Assembly (NCBI GenBank): GCA_964639285.1 | Contig: CAZXCI010000004.1 | Location: forward strand, 5,252-69,251 | DNA: 64,000 nucleotides | Reading direction: 5' to 3' | Source of the DNA: an uncultured Candidatus Saccharibacteria bacterium | GTDB lineage: Bacteria; Patescibacteriota; Minisyncoccia; Phycocordibacterales; XYD1-FULL-46-19 | In this document: positions 26,812-39,655 of the stretch, piece by piece | How positions within the stretch are numbered: the stretch's first letter is position 1 | How the letters are laid out: each line of letters begins with the position of its first letter | The notes under the pieces: generated by a model | Database searches by the model: none | Seen by the model: the letters and a program-made list of their open reading frames with translations, nothing else | Told to the model about the DNA's origin: nothing | Translations under genes and position numbers: made by a program

Positions 26812-29784
26812 TTGTTGATGATTACTAAAGAGTTCGAACAAGCTTATAAACGCTTAAATAAGGCCCAGAAGGAGGCGGTGGACGCTATTGAGGGGCCTGT
26901 TTTAGTCGCGGCTGGGCCAGGGACGGGCAAAACTCAGATTTTGGCCCTACGAATCGCCAATATTCTATGGAAGACAGATACGAGGCCAGAGAATATTTTG
27001 GCTATTACCTTCACCGAATCGGGGGTGTTGTCGATGAGAAGACGCCTAGCTGAGATTATTGGTACGCCAGCCTACGCGGTCGCTATCAACACCTTCCATG
27101 GATTTTGTAACGATATTATTAAAGATGAGCCAGAGAGCTTTCCCCGTATTATCGGGGCGACGAATATTACTGAAGTTGATCAAATTAGAATTCTTGAAGA
27201 GATACTTTTAGCCGAGAAATTTACCGAACTCACAACTCGCAATGATCCTTTCTATTATTTGCGGGCCATTCTTTCCTCTATCAATGAACTCAAACGTGAA
27301 GGGATAAGTGTTCTGAGGTTCCATGACGAGGTCAAAAAAGGGTTCGAAAATTTTGCTCAAATTTCTGACCTCTATCATGACAAGGGGAGATATGAGGGCC
27401 AGATGAAAACTAAGTATGCTGATGAACAGAAGCGTTTGAAGAAGAATGAAGAGTTGGGGGTTATTTATGAAGCTTATCAAGCTAAGCTACAGGCAGAGAA
27501 GCACTATGATTATTCGGACATGATTAGTGAGGTTGCGACTGTTCTCACTCTTAACAAAGAGCTTCTCCTCAAACTGCAAGAACAATATCAATACCTTCTT
27601 GTTGACGAACATCAAGATACCAACAATGCTCAGAATAAGGTAATTGAATTGTTAGCGAGCTATTTTGATAACCCGAATCTCTTTGTGGTGGGAGATGACA
27701 AGCAGGCTATTTACCGCTTCCAAGGGGCTTCGCTTGAGAATTTTCTCTATTTTCAGGAGAAATATCCCGAGGCCAAACTCATTATTCTTGATGAAAATTA
27801 TCGCTCAAGCCAGGCGATTCTTGACACTGTTCACAGTCTGCTTCCTGGTGATTCGCCTTCGTCGGCTGGTAAGAAATTAAAAGCTAAGAGTGGTCACTCT
27901 AACGAGCCGGTAAAACTTTATGAGTTTAGTCAGAAGGCAGTTGAAGAATATTTCTTAGCTCAAGATATTGCTAATAAAATAAAGGCGGGGATTCCACCTG
28001 AGCAAATCGCTGTTTTTTATCGTGATAATCGCGATGTCTTTGCTATTGCCAAGAGTCTAGAGCAGATTGGTGTGCCGGTGGCAATTGAATCTGAACAGGA
28101 TATTTTGAGTGACGTTGATTTGCGCAAACTTATCACCATCTTTCGGGCCGTAGATAAGGTTGGCGATGAGAAATTATTTGCCGAGACTTTGCATTTAGAC
28201 TTCCTTCGTTTTCCGCCACTTGGGGTCTACAAACTTATTCAAGAAGGGTACAAAAAGAAAATTTCTATTCTAGATTTGGCCCAGGAAAATCCGATTTTTT
28301 CTGGTTGGTTTGCGAAGTATATGTCTCTGGTGCAGATTGCTAAGAACGAGAGCCTGGCGGAGTGTTTCGAGCAGATTGTGCGAGAAAGTGGTTTTCTTAA
28401 TTATCTTTTATCTCGACCGGAGACCGTGGAGAAGATTGAGAAATTGAACGGATTTTTTGCTGAAGCAAAAAGTTTGGTTGAACGTCATAAAGAAGGCAGG
28501 CTGACGGACTTTATCGCGTACCTTGATTTGTTGGTGACGCACAATATTTTATTGAAGAAAGGGCCTGAGACAGTCATTACCAAGAGAGTTCGGCTAATGA
28601 CCGCGCATAAGTCCAAGGGTCTAGAGTTCGACCATGTTTATATTGTCTACGCTCATGATGGTCATTGGGGCAATAAGAAGAAAAGGGAGTTAATTAAATT
28701 GCCCAGACAGCTCTTCTCTCTCGCTAGCGCGAATGGCAACTTCGAAGCCGTGGATAAATCTAATGACGACGAGCGCCGGTTGTTCTACGTAGCTCTTACC
28801 CGGGCCAGGAAGACGGTGACAATTACTTATTCACGCCAAGGTGAGAATAATCGCGAGCTCTTGCCGTCACAGTTTATTGGCGAGCTTAACCAAGCCCTGA
28901 TTGAGAAAATGGATAGTTCAAGTTATGAACAGGCTTTTGCTGATCACCGGGAGTTAGTTTTTGCCCCTCGGGTTTCTCACTCTGTCTCTGTCCAAGACAA
29001 AGAATTTGTTCGCACTCTTTTTCTCGAACGGGGCTTAGCGGTTACGCATCTTAATAATTACCTTAAGTGTCCGTGGAATTATTTTTACACCAACCTTCTT
29101 CGTCTGCCGAAGGCCCAAGAACCGCATTTAATGTATGGGACGGCTATCCATGGAGCGCTCCAAGATTTCTTCAATAAATTTGGAGCTGAGAAAGATCCTG
29201 ATAAAGCTTATCTTTTAGCTAGATTCGAAGATCATCTCAATCGCCAGTCACTTACGGCCCGTGATTATGGTTTGCTTCTCGAAAGAGGGGAGAAGTCTTT
29301 GGGGGGGTATTATGACTTCTGGGAGGGGCAGTGGCGAACGAGGGTTCTAACTGAATTTAATATTTCGGGAGTAGTTCTAACGCCAGAAATTAGATTAACT
29401 GGCAAAATTGATAAATTAGAATTCTTGGGAGACAAAGGGGAGGTGAATGTTGTTGATTACAAAACGGGCAAACCGAAGACTCGGGGTTACGTCGAAGGTT
29501 CGACCAAAAATTCTGAAGGAGACATTAAACGGCAGATTGTTTTCTATAAATTGTTGTTAAATGATAGCAAGTACAAAATGGTGAGTGCTACCGTTGATTT
29601 TGTCGAGCCGGACGAAAAGGAGAAATACAAACAAGAGCACTTCACCGTGATGAAAGAAGAAGAGCAGGAGTTGATTGGTTTGATCAAGAAAGTTTCGGGC
29701 GAGATCTTGAGCCTTGATTTCTGGGATAAAAAATGTGATGACCCCGCTTGTGAGTTTTGTTCTCTTCGCGAAATGATGAATTAA
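26812..29784 (+). CDS. UvrD-family helicase with C-terminal PD-(D/E)XK nuclease
   Basis: AGPGTGKT, VDEHQD, NYRS, MTAHKSKGLEF, ERRLFYVALTRA; GKIDK...VVDYKTG with Cys cluster. Confidence 0.92.
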   Translation: MLMITKEFEQAYKRLNKAQKEAVDAIEGPVLVAAGPGTGKTQILALRIANILWKTDTRPENILAITFTESGVLSMRRRLAEIIGTPAYAVAINTFHGFCNDIIKDEPESFPRIIGATNITEVDQIRILEEILLAEKFTELTTRNDPFYYLRAILSSINELKREGISVLRFHDEVKKGFENFAQISDLYHDKGRYEGQMKTKYADEQKRLKKNEELGVIYEAYQAKLQAEKHYDYSDMISEVATVLTLNKELLLKLQEQYQYLLVDEHQDTNNAQNKVIELLASYFDNPNLFVVGDDKQAIYRFQGASLENFLYFQEKYPEAKLIILDENYRSSQAILDTVHSLLPGDSPSSAGKKLKAKSGHSNEPVKLYEFSQKAVEEYFLAQDIANKIKAGIPPEQIAVFYRDNRDVFAIAKSLEQIGVPVAIESEQDILSDVDLRKLITIFRAVDKVGDEKLFAETLHLDFLRFPPLGVYKLIQEGYKKKISILDLAQENPIFSGWFAKYMSLVQIAKNESLAECFEQIVRESGFLNYLLSRPETVEKIEKLNGFFAEAKSLVERHKEGRLTDFIAYLDLLVTHNILLKKGPETVITKRVRLMTAHKSKGLEFDHVYIVYAHDGHWGNKKKRELIKLPRQLFSLASANGNFEAVDKSNDDERRLFYVALTRARKTVTITYSRQGENNRELLPSQFIGELNQALIEKMDSSSYEQAFADHRELVFAPRVSHSVSVQDKEFVRTLFLERGLAVTHLNNYLKCPWNYFYTNLLRLPKAQEPHLMYGTAIHGALQDFFNKFGAEKDPDKAYLLARFEDHLNRQSLTARDYGLLLERGEKSLGGYYDFWEGQWRTRVLTEFNISGVVLTPEIRLTGKIDKLEFLGDKGEVNVVDYKTGKPKTRGYVEGSTKNSEGDIKRQIVFYKLLLNDSKYKMVSATVDFVEPDEKEKYKQEHFTVMKEEEQELIGLIKKVSGEILSLDFWDKKCDDPACEFCSLREMMN

Positions 29785-29787
29785 GTT

Positions 29788-30959
29788 TTATTTTGTATCT
29801 CGAAGGTTCCAGACAAATTTGAGGCTGACGAGCATGACAAAGCCTAGGAGAAGGAAGATATATTTAAAATCGAGGAAAGAGATAACAATAGAAACAAAGA
29901 TTGGGCCCACTAAGTAAGAAAGGGGGACATTGACGCGAGAGAGGGAAATGATGCCGGTATCAACACCGTCAATTTTTTTGAACAAATAAGTTTCCTTCAT
30001 GATTTCGATAGTTGAAGCGCCGGTGCGAGTTAAGAAAAGAACGATTGCCCACAAGACCCAATTGGGAGAGAGGAGGAAGGATGTTGCTATTGTCGAGAGG
30101 GTGATGATAATTATCCCACCAATCATGATTTCTTTCTCACCTAGCCACTTATCGGCAATTTTGCCGAGGGGTAATTCGAAAAAGACAAAGGGTAAAAGCA
30201 TGATGCTAAAGACCAAGCCAATTGAAGCCCAAGAGAGGCCAATATGGTCGTGAAGATAGAGGGGCATATAGACGACCATGACAGCGTAGAAAAAATTGAG
30301 TAAAAAATCTATAGCTAATATATCCTTGATATTGCGAGCGGTCTGGGATTTGTTTTTCCAAAGATATCTTAATTCTTGTTCGACAGTTGAACTTTCGGAT
30401 TTAATATCAGGAATTTCTTTTAGTTCGAAAACGGCAAGGATTAAGAGAGGAATAAGGACAACCCCGGCGATACCATAAACCAAGCTATAACCCCCCTCGC
30501 TAATAAGATAGGCCGCCAGAAGGGGGGAGACAAGCCAGGCAAAATTATAAAAGGTTAAATATACACCACGGATGAAGCCTGTGCCCTTATCTTCGGAAAC
30601 GTTCTCGAGGTAGACGTCAAGGGTGTATCTTGTGAGATACCCCAATACAAGATAGATACCAAAAGCTGTCAAGCTGTGGATAACTTTGAGAGTAGGGAAG
30701 GCGAGGGGAATAACAGCCAGGAAACTTAAACAGACGAGGCTGATTAGAATATTTTTGTTTCCAAAACGTTTGATAAGTCTTGGCGCCGCCAGCATCAAAG
30801 AGATAGTAATAAGTGAGGTCATGGCATAGAAGGCCCCAATCCCCTCCTCGCCTAAGAAACCTTTTAAGAAAGAAGAGTTGATGTAGGCTGGGATAGAAGA
30901 ATTCGCCGCCATAAAAATAGCCCCGGCATATGTGTAGATGCGTAATTTTTTTTGTTCAT
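29788..30959 (-). CDS. MFS transporter, 5' end frameshifted at an A8 tract
   Basis: Multi-TM pattern, GKIADKWLG; ATG at 30959 is one base out of frame with the 29788-30912 ORF. Confidence 0.8.
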
Positions 30960-30969
30960 GACTTCCCTA

Positions 30970-32877
30970 TTATACCTCAATTAGAACCGGCAAGATAATT
31001 GGGCGTTTGTGAGTTTTTTGGAATAAATGTTTTCCTAGTTCTTCGCGGACATTATTTTTCACATAATCCATGTTGATGGGGTGCATTTTCGCTGTCGAGT
31101 CTTCAATCGTTTTCTTAACTAAGATCCGGACATAACGGAGTAAGTCTTGAGACTCTTTGAGATAGACAAAACCACGAGAAATAATATCTGGTGACTTGCG
31201 AACTTTACCTGTACCCATGTCGATAATGGCGATGACGACAAACATTCCATCTTGAGCGAGCAATTGTCGGTCGCGGATCACTAATTCTTGGACGTTACCA
31301 GTACCAAGGCCGTCAACCATGACAAGACGAGAAGAGGCCTTGGCCTTAAGCATCGTAATTTTTTGACCCTGGTCTTGGACCTCGATGATAGAACCGTTGT
31401 CGGGGACAACAATATTTCTCTCTGGTATTCCCATTCTCTCGGCTAGGTCAGAGTGGACTCTCAGCATGTAATGGTTCCCGTGGACAGGGATGAAGAACTT
31501 AGGTTTGATCATTTTTTGAATCCATTCTAATTCGCCTTGATAGGCGTGACCAGACGAGTGAACGTCAGCGATGCCATAGTGAATGATTTTTGCTCCTTGG
31601 CGCGTCAAGTTATCTTTTAGTTTTTGGACAGCCTTCTCGTTACCGGGGATGACAGAGGATGAGAGCAAAATGGTATCCCCCTTTTTTAGCTTGACGGTAC
31701 GGTGTTCTCTCTGAGAGATCCGCATTAGAGCGGCGTATTCGTCACCTTGGGCTCCGGTAGCAAGGATGACGATTTTGTTGTCAGGATGACTATCGATTTC
31801 TTCGGAACTGATAAAGGTTGATTTCCCGACCTTGAGGTAGCCGAGTTCTTTAGCAATCTCAATATTGGTCTTCATCGCTCGCCCCTCGATGGCCACTTTT
31901 TTGCCAAGAGCTTCGCAGGCTTCGATTATAGATATGACTCGCTCAAAGAGAGAGGCAAATGTCCCGACAATGATTCGGCCTTGAACTTTCTCGATGATAT
32001 CTTTAAGGTTTTTCTGCACTTCTTCTTCAGGAAAAGAGAAGCCAGGTTTCTCAACATTTGTTGATTCGGCGATCAAAAGTAAATTTTTCTCTTCGCCAAT
32101 TTTTTTGTAGACAGCGTTTTCTGTTTCTTTGATTTTGCCATTATCATGTTCAAGTTTTATGTCCCCCGTTACGATGACGTTGCCATAAGGGGTCTCGACG
32201 ATGATGCCAATTGAGTCTGGGATAGTATGATTGGTGGCAAAGAAGCGTATTGTCAGGTTTCCCAATTTTAATTTATCCTTGGCTTCAATAACTTGAATAT
32301 TTAACTTAGGAACATGGGGAAATTCCTCTTGGCGCTTTTTGATCATTACCGCCGTAAGGAGTGAGGTATAGATAGGTGGGTTGCCGATTTTCTCCATTAA
32401 ATAAGGAATGCCACCGATGTGGTCTAGGTGTCCGTGAGTGACGAGGAGTCCTCGAATTTTACTCTTTCTTTCTTCTAGATAAGTTGTATCGGCAATGACG
32501 TAATCGACGCCCGGGACTTCTTCGCCGGGAAGGAGAAAACCGGCATCGATCACGAGAATATCATTACCATATTCGACAACTGTCATATTCTTGCCAACTT
32601 CTTCAACTCCACCAAGGGGAATAATCCTAAGGTTGCCTTGAGCAAGCTCGGGAATTTTCTCTCTCGGCTTTGCCTCATCATTTTCGTTGGTTCCGTTTCT
32701 GTCTAGGGAAGGGAAACGTCGATGCTTGGGTCGTGGTCCTCGAGAAGGGCTACTTTTTGTCTGGCGAGGGGGAGTTGTCTTACGAGAGCTCGATTGGGCA
32801 ATGGGCTCTTTTTGTTGGTGTCCGATAAAGGTCTGAACGTGGCCGTTCTCGTCAACCCGGATGCGTCTAATAGCCAT
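30970..32877 (-). CDS. rnj: Ribonuclease J
   Basis: PLGGVEEVGKN, THGHLDHIG, HSSGH, PVHG. Confidence 0.95.
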   Translation of the reverse strand: MAIRRIRVDENGHVQTFIGHQQKEPIAQSSSRKTTPPRQTKSSPSRGPRPKHRRFPSLDRNGTNENDEAKPREKIPELAQGNLRIIPLGGVEEVGKNMTVVEYGNDILVIDAGFLLPGEEVPGVDYVIADTTYLEERKSKIRGLLVTHGHLDHIGGIPYLMEKIGNPPIYTSLLTAVMIKKRQEEFPHVPKLNIQVIEAKDKLKLGNLTIRFFATNHTIPDSIGIIVETPYGNVIVTGDIKLEHDNGKIKETENAVYKKIGEEKNLLLIAESTNVEKPGFSFPEEEVQKNLKDIIEKVQGRIIVGTFASLFERVISIIEACEALGKKVAIEGRAMKTNIEIAKELGYLKVGKSTFISSEEIDSHPDNKIVILATGAQGDEYAALMRISQREHRTVKLKKGDTILLSSSVIPGNEKAVQKLKDNLTRQGAKIIHYGIADVHSSGHAYQGELEWIQKMIKPKFFIPVHGNHYMLRVHSDLAERMGIPERNIVVPDNGSIIEVQDQGQKITMLKAKASSRLVMVDGLGTGNVQELVIRDRQLLAQDGMFVVIAIIDMGTGKVRKSPDIISRGFVYLKESQDLLRYVRILVKKTIEDSTAKMHPINMDYVKNNVREELGKHLFQKTHKRPIILPVLIEV

Positions 32878-32886
32878 GGTTAGTTT

Positions 32887-34620
32887 TTATAAGTAAGTGA
32901 ATATTTTCCAAACCCGATCAGTTTTGAAGTACCACTTGTGGATACGAGCAAAGCGATCGGCGGGGCTAGTAATAGTTGGGATTTTTATTCCCTTTAGATC
33001 ATTGGGTACTGCGTAGAGGAAATAAGGAGAGTAAAGGAAGATCGCAGGATGGTCATTGTTTATTTCTTTAGCGATATCGCGATATTTTTCGGCTAATTGT
33101 GGGGAATTAAGATTCCCTCCGTCAGCTGTTGCACGAATTTCTTCAAGTAATTTATCGACTGTCGAGTTGGTATACATTGAGATATTGAGCCCTGGGTCAA
33201 GTCTCTGAGAAGAATGCCAGAAGGGGTAGAGATCAGAACCTCGGCCGATTACTTCGCCAAAGAGGAGGGCCTCAAATTTACGCGGACGAATGAGGTCCTG
33301 ATTGAGGTTGCTCGGCTCGAAGAACTCAAGATTGACCTGAGCCCCTAATTTTGTCCAATTGCTAGCGACCATTGTGGCGACAGCCTTGAGTTCCGGGATA
33401 TTGGCGGTAGCCAGAGAAAAACTCAGAGTTTGGACGGAGCTAGCCTTAGTCCCTTTCTTAACTGAGGGTTTTTTCTCTAAGATACTACTTGACCCAGTTG
33501 TCCAGCCAGCTTTGCTAAGTATCCCTTTAGCTTTGTCTAGATCATAACTAAGGTTTGCCCCGCTATTAAGATTTTCAGGCAAGACGCCATTAAGTGGTTG
33601 GCCGTAGCCACCCAGGAGATTATTTACAATTGTTTGGCGATCAACAGCTTCGTCCAAGGCTTCGCGAACCTCCTTATTTAGAAGAACGGGAGATCTGTTT
33701 TGATTTAAGAAAATGGCAAAGGTCCTTGGAAGGTTTGATTTTATGATTCTTCTTCCTTCTTTCTCTAATTTTTGAGCAGAGCTTGGGCTGATTGAGCTGG
33801 CGCTTGTAATTTCTCCTTGGTTGTAAGCATCAATGAGAGCCTTTTCGTCGCCATAGAAACGGATGGTGAGACTGCTAATTTTAGCCTCGCCCAGAGCAAA
33901 TTTCTTAAAGGGGATGAGCTTGTAGCTTATTGGTATTCCTGAGGAATCTTTGTTGATATTTTTTATAACATAAGGACCAGAACCGATAGGGTCAACGTTG
34001 AGGCTAGAGAGGGCGAATTTTTCTGCTTTGATTTTACCCCAAAGATGTTTGGGCATAATACCAAGGGTGGCATTGTCAAGAAAAGAGAAAAAAGGTTTTT
34101 TAAGGATAAATTGAACAGTTTTTTCGTCTATTTTTTTAACAAGGACCCCGTTCCAACTGGCTCGACGAAAACTCTTTATCGATGGGTCTTGAGTGCTATT
34201 TATAGTGAAGACGATATCATCGGCGGTCAAAGCTTCACCATCAGACCAATGAAGATTAGGTTTTAGTTTAAAGGTATAAACAAGCCCGTCGGATGAAATC
34301 TCGTAACTTTCGGCCAGGTCTGGTTCTAATCCCCCATCAGCTTTTAAGCGCAGGAGTCCTGAGTAAACGAGAGAGACCAGGTCTCTATCCGCATCGGAGA
34401 CGGCGAGAAGGGGGTTGATAAAACGGGGTGACCCGAGAACCCCTTCCGTCAATTGTCCCCCAGATATGGGTTTGTCGACCATGAGCTTGCGGTTGAGGTG
34501 TTCGATAGTGATGAGACTACTAAGGGCAAAGATAATTACTAGAACAACGACAGCAACCTTTGTTCGGCGACCAAAAGTTTCGAAACTAAAAGCGAGCTCG
34601 GTTAAGAATTTGTTTTTCAC
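32887..34620 (-). CDS. ABC transporter substrate-binding protein, family 5
   Basis: LVYSGL...PDLAESY...WSDGE..TADDIVFT, PIGSGPY. Confidence 0.9.
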   Translation of the reverse strand: MKNKFLTELAFSFETFGRRTKVAVVVLVIIFALSSLITIEHLNRKLMVDKPISGGQLTEGVLGSPRFINPLLAVSDADRDLVSLVYSGLLRLKADGGLEPDLAESYEISSDGLVYTFKLKPNLHWSDGEALTADDIVFTINSTQDPSIKSFRRASWNGVLVKKIDEKTVQFILKKPFFSFLDNATLGIMPKHLWGKIKAEKFALSSLNVDPIGSGPYVIKNINKDSSGIPISYKLIPFKKFALGEAKISSLTIRFYGDEKALIDAYNQGEITSASSISPSSAQKLEKEGRRIIKSNLPRTFAIFLNQNRSPVLLNKEVREALDEAVDRQTIVNNLLGGYGQPLNGVLPENLNSGANLSYDLDKAKGILSKAGWTTGSSSILEKKPSVKKGTKASSVQTLSFSLATANIPELKAVATMVASNWTKLGAQVNLEFFEPSNLNQDLIRPRKFEALLFGEVIGRGSDLYPFWHSSQRLDPGLNISMYTNSTVDKLLEEIRATADGGNLNSPQLAEKYRDIAKEINNDHPAIFLYSPYFLYAVPNDLKGIKIPTITSPADRFARIHKWYFKTDRVWKIFTYL

Positions 34621-34658
34621 GGTAATTTAAAATGGAGAGAGTTGTAAAAATTTAAAAT

Positions 34659-34904
34659 TTAGAGAAGAAAAAGGGCGGCCAGTGCCGAGAGGGCAAAAAG
34701 GAGAGCGAGGATTATGGTTGCTATAAAAAGTTGTTTCTCAAGACCTCGTTTGGTGTGCCAAGTTGAGGCGCCACTTTGTCCTCCGCCGAAAGCCGAACCA
34801 AGGCTTCCCTCACTTTGTTGCAACAAAATAGCTCCGACCAAAAGGGCGGATAAAATAATCTGGATGTACGGCAAAACAGTACCAAGGGCTAACATTAAAT
34901 ACAT
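34659..34904 (-). CDS. secG: Preprotein translocase SecG
   Basis: ILLQQSEGSLGSAFGG...TKRGLEK.LF..TI. Confidence 0.9.
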   Translation of the reverse strand: MYLMLALGTVLPYIQIILSALLVGAILLQQSEGSLGSAFGGGQSGASTWHTKRGLEKQLFIATIILALLFALSALAALFLL

Positions 34905-35002
34905 TATAGCAAATCCTCAAAAAAAGGCAAACCCCCTTGCTTTAATTTGTGAAGTGACACTATAATAAGATATTAATAGACCATTTAATTTTTTTAGGTT
35001 TT

Positions 35003-35314
35003 ATGCCAAACAAAAAAGACAAAATTAGACCACTTGGTGACAAGATTCTGGTTAGAACCGAAAAAGAGTCCAACGAGAAAAAAACCAAAAGCGGGATTAT
35101 TATTCCCGAGACAATTAATAAAGAGCGTCCAGAGACAGGGGTGGTTGTTGCTGTTGGTCCCGGTCGAAGATCAGACGACGGCAAACTTGTTCCTCTTCAG
35201 GTGAGAAAAGGGGATCATGTTATTTTTTCTAAATATGGCCCAGATGAAGTTAAAATTGATGGGGAAGAATATCTTATTGTCAGCGAGTCGAATATTCTAG
35301 CAATAATTGATTAA
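35003..35314 (+). CDS. groES: Co-chaperonin GroES
   Basis: IRPLGDKILV, TKSGIIIP, VVAVGPG. Confidence 0.97.
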   Translation: MPNKKDKIRPLGDKILVRTEKESNEKKTKSGIIIPETINKERPETGVVVAVGPGRRSDDGKLVPLQVRKGDHVIFSKYGPDEVKIDGEEYLIVSESNILAIID

Positions 35315-37191
<1,877 letters not shown>

Positions 37192-37264
37192 TTCCCTATT
37201 CTAGTATGTTTGACTATTTTGTGCTATATTATAGACAGTAATTAACAATTTAATTTTTATTATT

Positions 37265-37828
37265 ATGATGATGTGGATTCTATTAATTATTGTTGCTATC
37301 GTCGTCTTGGCTCTAGCTTGGATTGCTCTTAGCTACAACGGTTTCGTTCGCCTTATTAATCAAACCAAGGAAGCTTGGGCCGATATCGATGTCCAGCTTA
37401 AGCGACGCTATGATCTTATCCCCAATCTTATCGAGACGGTGAAGGGTTATGCTGCTCATGAAGAGTCTGTTTTTGCCAAGGTTACCGAGGCGCGAGCCCA
37501 AGCTCTCTCGGCTCAAGGCCCGGCGGAGAAGGGCAAGGCCGAGAATATGTTAACCGAGAGTTTGAAGAGCGTTTTTGCTGTCGCTGAGGCTTATCCGCAA
37601 CTTCGAGCAGTAGAGAGTTTTACCAGTTTGCAAACGGAGCTTGCTGATACAGAGAATAAGATTCAGGCTGCTCGTCGTTTCTACAACGGTAATGTTCGGG
37701 ATTTAAACATTCGGGTTGAAACTTTCCCTTCTAATATCATTGCTGGCATTTTTCATTTTGCCAAGCAAGAATTCTTTCAGCTTGAGGAAGGGAGCGCCGC
37801 CAAAGAGCCAGTAGCCGTTAAGTTTTAG
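37265..37828 (+). CDS. lemA: LemA family protein
   Basis: AWADIDVQLKRRYDLIPNL, AEAYPQL, ENKIQAARRFYN. Confidence 0.95.
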   Translation: MMMWILLIIVAIVVLALAWIALSYNGFVRLINQTKEAWADIDVQLKRRYDLIPNLIETVKGYAAHEESVFAKVTEARAQALSAQGPAEKGKAENMLTESLKSVFAVAEAYPQLRAVESFTSLQTELADTENKIQAARRFYNGNVRDLNIRVETFPSNIIAGIFHFAKQEFFQLEEGSAAKEPVAVKF

Positions 37829-37843
37829 CCCCCACTAAAATTT

Positions 37844-38329
37844 ATAGAAATTAAAGATCGCGAATTACATCGGATTGCGATTACTGCTATTATCTATAAT
37901 GATAAAGGGGAATATTTGGTGACCAAGCGTAGTCCGACCAAAAAAGCTTTTCCCAATAAATGGACGGTCCCTGGTGGTGGTCTAGAAGTCGACGATTATA
38001 TTAATGATACTCCGAGCACTCTGGCTGGGCAATGGTATGGGGCCCTTGAGAAAACTTTGCGCCGTGAAGTTAAAGAAGAAGTTAGTGTTGAAATTGGTAA
38101 ACCGAAGTATCTGCTAGACTTAACCTTCATTACGCCACAAGGAATTCCGTCTGTTGTTCTTAGTTATTATGCCCCTTATGAATCTGGTGAAGTAGAATTA
38201 GACGAAGACGCGACTGAATACAAGTGGGTGACGCTGGCCGAGGCCAAAGATTTAGACATGATTGATGGCATTTGGGAGGAGATAGAATTAGTGGAGAAAA
38301 TTTTAAATCAGCAGGGGACAATTAAATAA
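37844..38329 (+). CDS. NUDIX hydrolase (likely start at ATA 37844 rather than TTG 37916)
   Basis: WTVPGGG...LRREVKEE Nudix box; the in-frame upstream segment supplies the first beta-strands. Confidence 0.8.
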   Translation: MEIKDRELHRIAITAIIYNDKGEYLVTKRSPTKKAFPNKWTVPGGGLEVDDYINDTPSTLAGQWYGALEKTLRREVKEEVSVEIGKPKYLLDLTFITPQGIPSVVLSYYAPYESGEVELDEDATEYKWVTLAEAKDLDMIDGIWEEIELVEKILNQQGTIK

Positions 38330-38432
38330 AAACTCCCTTATTTAACAACACCAATGGAGGTCTCGCCTCCATAATGTTTCTGTAAGATTAGAATTTTAGA
38401 AATATTATGTTAAAATTAAACGGCTCTCCCTT

Positions 38433-39323
38433 ATGGCGACTCTATATACTCAACGACGATCTAATACGCAGAAGACCTGGCTCTTGATGGCTGTGTTTTT
38501 GACGATCGTAGTGGCTCTTGGGTACTTGATTAGTTTTTATTATAACAATCAAGCTATTCTCTATGTAGCGATCATCTTCAGTCTGATCATGAATTTTGCG
38601 AGTTTCTGGTGGAGTGACAAAATTGTTCTCTCGCTTGCTGGGGCCAAACCGGCCAGCCATGACGAGAATATGGAGTTGTATCATCTGGTAGAAAATCTTT
38701 CTATTGCGGCTGGTCTGCCCATGCCCAAGATTTATATCATAGAAGATCAGGCTCCTAACGCCTTCGCGACTGGTCGTGATAAGAAACATGCTGTTGTCGC
38801 GGTGACGACGGGTTTGCTCGGGATACTAAATAAAAATGAATTAGAAGGGGTTATTGCTCACGAGCTCTCGCATATTGGTAATCGAGATATTCTTCTTCAA
38901 TCGGTCGTTGTCGTTTTGGTCGGCTTAATTGCTATTTTATCTGACATGTTTATTCGCTCCCGTTTCATTTTTGGCAGTAGAGATAACAATAAAGCGGGGG
39001 GAATTATGGCGGTTGTGGGGGTTGTCTTTATCATTATTTCTCCTATTATTGCCACGATTATTCAATTGGCCATTTCTCGTCAGCGGGAGTACCTAGCCGA
39101 TTCTTCTGGTGCTCTCCTTACTCGTTATCCTGAAGGTCTGGCTGGGGCTCTAGAAAAAATTGGTTCTTATGACCAACCGTTGAAAAGGGCAAGCAATGCC
39201 ATGGCTCACCTCTACATCTCTAACCCCTTTGGTCCCAAGAGAACAAAAGGGTTGGCTAAATTATTCATGACTCATCCTCCCATCGAAGAACGGGTGGCCA
39301 AATTGCGCGGATTGAGAATCTAG
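38433..39323 (+). CDS. htpX: Zinc metalloprotease HtpX (M48)
   Basis: PNAFATG, AHELSH, REYLAD, THPPIEER. Confidence 0.95.
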   Translation: MATLYTQRRSNTQKTWLLMAVFLTIVVALGYLISFYYNNQAILYVAIIFSLIMNFASFWWSDKIVLSLAGAKPASHDENMELYHLVENLSIAAGLPMPKIYIIEDQAPNAFATGRDKKHAVVAVTTGLLGILNKNELEGVIAHELSHIGNRDILLQSVVVVLVGLIAILSDMFIRSRFIFGSRDNNKAGGIMAVVGVVFIIISPIIATIIQLAISRQREYLADSSGALLTRYPEGLAGALEKIGSYDQPLKRASNAMAHLYISNPFGPKRTKGLAKLFMTHPPIEERVAKLRGLRI

Positions 39324-39352
39324 GGTAATCTTGGTTAGATTAGAGAAATTAA

Positions 39353-39439
39353 GGAGGGTTCGCATAGTGGTCTAGTGCGCTCGCTTGGAAAGCGGGTAAG
39401 GCTTAACGGCCTTCAAGGGTTCAAATCCCTTACCCTCCG
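39353..39439 (+). tRNA. tRNA-Ser(GGA)
   Basis: Cloverleaf with long variable arm; anticodon loop TTGGAAA. Confidence 0.93.
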
Positions 39440-39655
39440 CTGATTAGCAAGTAACTGTTTTTCGTTGGCCTGTCTTTTGTGAGGGCTTCCCGTTAATACT
39501 AATCTCAAAACAACAAATTTTGCTTGTGAATTATCTTTTTCTTCTTCTGATAGGGCCATTCTTTCAAATGAATTCCAGTGGTAAAAATGAAACCCCCTAG
39601 GCAAGATCCTTGTCTAGGGGGTGCGAATTGAACAAAAAACAAAAGAGTATGGTGG

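Noticed and set aside
34905-35002. CIRCE operator upstream of groES
   Set aside because: No TTAGCACTC-N9-GAGTGCTAA match is visible.
39413-39604. Short track ORFs overlapping tRNAs (also 54848-55057, 56848-57048, 63793-63999) and antisense ORFs inside long genes
   Set aside because: Shadow frames of tRNAs or of well-supported genes.
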